Of a stretch of DNA of 64,000 bases, positions 60,038 through 64,000 are shown one piece after another. The notes below the pieces were generated by a model, which worked only from the letters and a program-made list of their open reading frames with translations, did not search any database and was not told where the DNA came from. The translations under genes and the position numbers were made by a program. The stretch spans positions 1 through 64,000 of the IMG/VR virus record IMGVR_UViG_3300017917_001342. One strand, written 5' to 3'. How positions within the stretch are numbered: position 1 is the first letter of the stretch; every line of letters begins with the position of its first letter.

Positions 60038-60460
60038 TTACGAGTTTTGTTGTAATCTGTTTTTAATTTCGATTTTCACATGTTCTGGTATATTAGGTAC
60101 AAAATTGAAAGTGAATTTTTTAGAATGAGTCTCGTAGGCCTTCCTGTATGCTCTATCGACTTGACTTTTTAACACGTCATTTGACGTCCATAATGTTACA
60201 AGTTTGTCAATTTCATTTTGTTCGTGTTCTATCAGAAGTTGTGGTGCACTTAACTCGTTGAGTTTTTTAACACGACTTTCATGCCATTCTAACTTATCTT
60301 TTATTTCTTGAATGGTAAATTTAATCGGTGTTTTAAATTTTGCCATATGACTATTGTACTGCTGATCATATTCTTGGTGCATACGATCAAATTCGGCATC
60401 GTAACTGGTCTGGTCTATTTCATACCAATAGTAATCTTCTGGGGGTGGTAGCATTCGCAT
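60038..60460 (-). CDS. Hypothetical protein
   Basis: AAGGA RBS. Confidence 0.7.
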   Translation of the reverse strand: MRMLPPPEDYYWYEIDQTSYDAEFDRMHQEYDQQYNSHMAKFKTPIKFTIQEIKDKLEWHESRVKKLNELSAPQLLIEHEQNEIDKLVTLWTSNDVLKSQVDRAYRKAYETHSKKFTFNFVPNIPEHVKIEIKNRLQQNS

Positions 60461-60482
60461 TATTATGTTCCTTTATTATTAA

Positions 60483-61304
60483 TTAATCCCAGGCTCTCAA
60501 TGCAGCCGCACTTACCGCAGCGACAATAGCATCAGTATCGCTCTGATACAAGCCACTACTGGCAAAACTATTGAATTCTCCTATACGAGCACCACGTTCT
60601 TCGCAGAGAAATATATCAACTGTGTACACAGTATCTAGTTGCCACGGTGCAGCAGCAACACGTTCTGCAAATGCCAAACAGTCTGGATGCAGATCGATAC
60701 GAGTCATTAGTACGTCATCCCAGCGATATTGGGATCCTGTAACTACACGGCCTTCACAGATTACAAAACGATTTTCGCATTTGATAGGTCTAGCCTTTGC
60801 AACAAGACACATTTCATTGTGAAACACATTTTTAGTTTGTTTAAGCGCAGACAGTTCAAAATCTAGTTTATCCAGTGTAACATCAAAGCCAGTAAAGCTT
60901 TTAAAACCACTGTCTGGTCGAATGAAAATATGATCGCCAAACAGATCGTGCAGCATTGACTTGCTGCGACTGATCATACCAAATGGCATGTAGACACAGT
61001 GTTCGTTAAAGTACCAATCACCTGGAAGCTGTGTCATATAAAAGCTAGTATCAGTATCACGTTTGAAACCGTATGATCCTGGCGTATAGCCTCGATCTTT
61101 TTTGCGCACAAACTGTATAGGACCATAGAGTACTACACAGTTAGTTACATCGTAGGGAATGTCTGCGTATTCTCTAGTTTGCGGATTAAATTCGCTTTGG
61201 AAATATTCAATGCCTGCACGTTCGAGCGCAGCATCAATCTGTGGTGAACCTGGGCGACGAAATATTTCTGTGCTAATTGCCCATTTTACTCGATCTGGTT
61301 TCAT
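60483..61304 (-). CDS. ATP-grasp protein (R2K-like peptide ligase)
   Basis: FIRP...KSFTG, E.RF, YTVDI, IGEFN...SSGLY. Confidence 0.8.
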   Translation of the reverse strand: MKPDRVKWAISTEIFRRPGSPQIDAALERAGIEYFQSEFNPQTREYADIPYDVTNCVVLYGPIQFVRKKDRGYTPGSYGFKRDTDTSFYMTQLPGDWYFNEHCVYMPFGMISRSKSMLHDLFGDHIFIRPDSGFKSFTGFDVTLDKLDFELSALKQTKNVFHNEMCLVAKARPIKCENRFVICEGRVVTGSQYRWDDVLMTRIDLHPDCLAFAERVAAAPWQLDTVYTVDIFLCEERGARIGEFNSFASSGLYQSDTDAIVAAVSAAALRAWD

Positions 61305-61858
61305 GTGTTTGTGTCCTCGGCTCGATTGCGATTGATGATCTGCATACAGCGTTGCACACCGATGATCTGTTGATGCGCATCTACTAGTGCATTGTGCAGG
61401 CCACTGACGTTTCGGTCTCGTAGATCACCAACCGTTTTAAATAGTGTACGACTGTCTCGCACTGAATTATATCGCCATGGTTTACGCAGACCAATTTGTT
61501 GGTACAGATGTTCAAGTATTTTCATATCAAACTGCGGACCCTGTGCCCATACGGCACCAGCACCTTTGACAAAATCACCTAGCTGTGTCATTGCAGCAAC
61601 TACAGGCACACGATCATAAGGTGACCATGCTTCTTCTCGCACATCTGCTGACTGTGTGTCCCACCATTTTAGCGTAGCTTCACTGGTGCAACGTCCTAGT
61701 TCACGCTGTTCATCAATGTCAATACGCATATAGAGACTGTCGCCGGGCCCGCTAAGATCGTTGGGATTGAACTTAGCAGCACCTAGTGTCAGTACGATAC
61801 AGTTGTCCGAATCGCCAGCAGTTTCGATGTCTATCATTACATCGAAATTATTCGTCAT
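61301..61858 (-). CDS. 3'-5' exonuclease (DEDDh)
   Basis: MIDIET, WAQGPQFD, RDSRT, HNALVDA. Confidence 0.88.
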   Translation of the reverse strand: MTNNFDVMIDIETAGDSDNCIVLTLGAAKFNPNDLSGPGDSLYMRIDIDEQRELGRCTSEATLKWWDTQSADVREEAWSPYDRVPVVAAMTQLGDFVKGAGAVWAQGPQFDMKILEHLYQQIGLRKPWRYNSVRDSRTLFKTVGDLRDRNVSGLHNALVDAHQQIIGVQRCMQIINRNRAEDTNT

Positions 61859-62831
61859 CTTCGTAATCTTCTTTAAAGTACAATTCGCGAGCATCCATTA
61901 CCGCAGTGGAGATTTTGTTGAGAACACGATATGCATCATACTCTTCACTTTGGCTACCCATGTGCATTGCAGGCAACCAAATCTTGCGAGTGCTGTTCAT
62001 CATGCCATCGACCATGCAGCCTAGCAGTGCAAGTCGCAGCAGTTCTGCCATAGCAGCACGATCGTCTGCATCTGCTGCACATTCCAGTGTATACTTGAAA
62101 TCAAACGCATCCCAATGGTTATGGAATTCCATATGACGTAGATAACGATACAGAAGATTATCGTCTTCTTTAGGCATGATCTGCTGAGCAAGTCGGCGAT
62201 ATGCAGGCGATTTCATAAATTCCCAGTATTCATCTGAAATGTTATCAGGTCGGTCTTTTGGTGCTCGCGGCATGTTGTATGCAGCAACGCAGCGATCTAC
62301 ATACGCAGGAATCTGTTCAGCCAAACGTGCATAGGTCATATTACGTTCATATGCATCATTTGGATCGCTTGCTTTACCATCGCCTACGTAAACGTCAAAT
62401 TTCCAATCAGTCCACAGTTGATCTACAACGTCTTTACGTACCATAGCAAAGTACACAGCTTGATTTTTCTTGCCCCAGCCTTTGACAAACATGCGATTTT
62501 CATGCACTGCTTCAAAAAATTTGTCAATGTCAAATCCGTCTTTGACAACAGGAATATCGTGGTATTCGTTCTCACCCTGTTCAAGTTCGACCATACGCTG
62601 TTTCAAACCTTCAACAAACAGCGGCAGTGCAGCACCAGTGCAGTCTTCGCCCGCACCATAGTCATTGTACACAGCTTCAAATGGTGTCAACACAGGCTTG
62701 TACAATGCATGAGTTTCGCAATGACTGCGATAGTCGCTAAGGTCTTCTTCCTTTACAGGGAACACATATACAGCTTCGCCTGAAATGATAGGAAGGTTAG
62801 TAAGTCCGCAAGTGTTATTCCAGCAGCCCAT
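61848..62831 (-). CDS. Hypothetical protein (MGCWN.TC..T.LPI N-terminus)
   Basis: 327-aa ORF, AAGGA RBS. Confidence 0.75.
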   Translation of the reverse strand: MGCWNNTCGLTNLPIISGEAVYVFPVKEEDLSDYRSHCETHALYKPVLTPFEAVYNDYGAGEDCTGAALPLFVEGLKQRMVELEQGENEYHDIPVVKDGFDIDKFFEAVHENRMFVKGWGKKNQAVYFAMVRKDVVDQLWTDWKFDVYVGDGKASDPNDAYERNMTYARLAEQIPAYVDRCVAAYNMPRAPKDRPDNISDEYWEFMKSPAYRRLAQQIMPKEDDNLLYRYLRHMEFHNHWDAFDFKYTLECAADADDRAAMAELLRLALLGCMVDGMMNSTRKIWLPAMHMGSQSEEYDAYRVLNKISTAVMDARELYFKEDYEDDE

Positions 62832-62834
62832 GAT

Positions 62835-62990
62835 TTAATCCTTTTGAAAAAATACAGAATATCCAACCTGTTTACCTTTGTAGTAAAGAGGTTTGACAGT
62901 GACGGCTTTGCAGCCTTCTGCACGTTTTTGTGCAGCGTATCGGTTTGCTTCAGGTAACGTGTTTAGTGAGTATCGTGATATGTTAATCAT
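62835..62990 (-). CDS. 51-aa hypothetical (not in ORF track)
   Basis: Fills the gap, overlaps the upstream gene end. Confidence 0.5.
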   Translation of the reverse strand: MINISRYSLNTLPEANRYAAQKRAEGCKAVTVKPLYYKGKQVGYSVFFQKD

Positions 62991-63186
62991 TTGTTTTACA
63001 CAACATCATAGCGAAAATTACTATCAGTACAGGCCAACTAAGTGCCAACTTCAATTTATTACTATATTTGATAAATTCGTCAGTTTTGCTCATTGCCAGC
63101 ATCTTTATGTAAAGAACCGCTGCAATTACGATGTATACGACTACAATTATAGCCGCTGTTATTGCTGCTGTGATCACGGCGCCCAA
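62983..63186 (-). CDS. Small membrane protein
   Basis: Two hydrophobic segments. Confidence 0.55.
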   Translation of the reverse strand: MGAVITAAITAAIIVVVYIVIAAVLYIKMLAMSKTDEFIKYSNKLKLALSWPVLIVIFAMMLCKTND

Positions 63187-63497
63187 CCTTCATCATATTC
63201 ATATTCGTATTCATCATTTTCTTCGTCATACTCACCGCGAGCTTCTGCAACCCAATCTCTATAGCTTTGTGTGGGTTCACCTGTGGTAAATCGCAGTTCG
63301 GCATGGCCATTGTCCCAGCGTGCTTCTTTACAAATCACAGGTGTACCATGCAGGATACGAGCAACTTGATCCAGCACCCATGCTTTATGATGAGCACCAT
63401 CGATACCACCGTAATACATAATATACTTTAGAGCCCATTGCTCTCGAGTTAGATCGTTACCTTCGGCTGTGTCAAATTCGCCTAGATAGCCTTGCAT
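63174..63497 (-). CDS. Hypothetical early protein
   Basis: GGIDGAHHKAWVLDQ; GAGG RBS; TTGACA-17-TAGTGT starting 63557. Confidence 0.75.
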   Translation of the reverse strand: MQGYLGEFDTAEGNDLTREQWALKYIMYYGGIDGAHHKAWVLDQVARILHGTPVICKEARWDNGHAELRFTTGEPTQSYRDWVAEARGEYDEENDEYEYEYDEGWAP

Positions 63498-63578
63498 AGT
63501 TGTGCCTCGTGATTGTTATTCAACTGTGACACTAGCAGACTGTTTTGAAAATGTCAATGTCTGCTACTAAATATTCCC

Positions 63579-64000
63579 ATGCGTGTAGATGAATTTTTCA
63601 ATCCTATAATAGCGTTGCTGCATGGTAACATGCTGCTTAGCGAAGCCCCTATTGGCACTGCGATAGTAAATCGCAATTGGCGAGAGTATGACCTAGGTGG
63701 GAAACCCGATCGTGATTTTAAACTGTTAGGAAAACTTGGTAGATTTAAGATCGGTGTACAGCCCGAATGGAGTGATTCCATAGACTATGCAGTTGATGTG
63801 TTGATACTTGGTTCTAAAAATACTGTAGTTGGCAAAATCAACATTACTCGAGACGACCGATCGAATAGAAAGATTGCATTTTGGTCTATACACCAATCAA
63901 TACTACACAAAGACCTGCAAGGTCGAGGCATAATGCCTAAAGTCTATGCGTTTTTAGTAAACCACGGCTATAACCTTCGTGCTGACAGTGAACAAAGTGC
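63579..64000 (+). CDS. GNAT acetyltransferase-like protein, 3'-truncated (not in ORF track)
   Basis: Open frame MRVDEF...LHKDLQGRGIMPKVY...DSEQS; TAAATA 5 nt before ATG. Confidence 0.7.
   Translation, partial: MRVDEFFNPIIALLHGNMLLSEAPIGTAIVNRNWREYDLGGKPDRDFKLLGKLGRFKIGVQPEWSDSIDYAVDVLILGSKNTVVGKINITRDDRSNRKIAFWSIHQSILHKDLQGRGIMPKVYAFLVNHGYNLRADSEQS

Noticed and set aside
63554-63781. Minus-strand 75-aa ORF
   Set aside because: Antisense to the GNAT-like plus-strand frame, which has a promoter and motif support

Overview
64 kb of a large (jumbo-type) AT-rich dsDNA tailed phage genome with T4-like late promoters (nnTAAATA) and sigma70-type early promoters of alphaproteobacterial style (TTGACA-N16/18-(TG)CTAnnn); host assignment is inference. 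Left part: tail-fibre genes (5'-truncated >2200 aa repeat fibre, S74-chaperone fibre), replication/chaperone genes (clamp loader, GroES, DnaE fragment, Dda/RecD-like helicase), and virion genes including a 1320 aa GPT collagen-like fibre. The rest is a mostly minus-strand accessory region: IscA, B12 radical SAM, Dps, secreted non-specific nuclease, HAD phosphomannomutase, NUDIX, RNA ligase, Na+/Ca2+ antiporter, GalE, three methyltransferases, RNase H-like, Sir2, amidoligase, kinase, ClpP, ATP-grasp, DEDD exonuclease, GNAT and two tRNAs. The most striking unexplained system is a family of about 29 highly divergent microproteins sharing a C-terminal F-x8-F-x-[LM]-x-W-x-stop motif. Most lie in two translationally coupled tandem arrays (31.7-35.8 kb and 56.1-59.0 kb) with a recurrent junction sequence TGGYYATRA. 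Also notable: a tRNA-Ser with a rare ACU anticodon, five RBS-sequestering hairpins overlapping late promoters, and a multi-hairpin 150-nt non-coding leader. All calls come from motif recognition by eye; no database searches were run.
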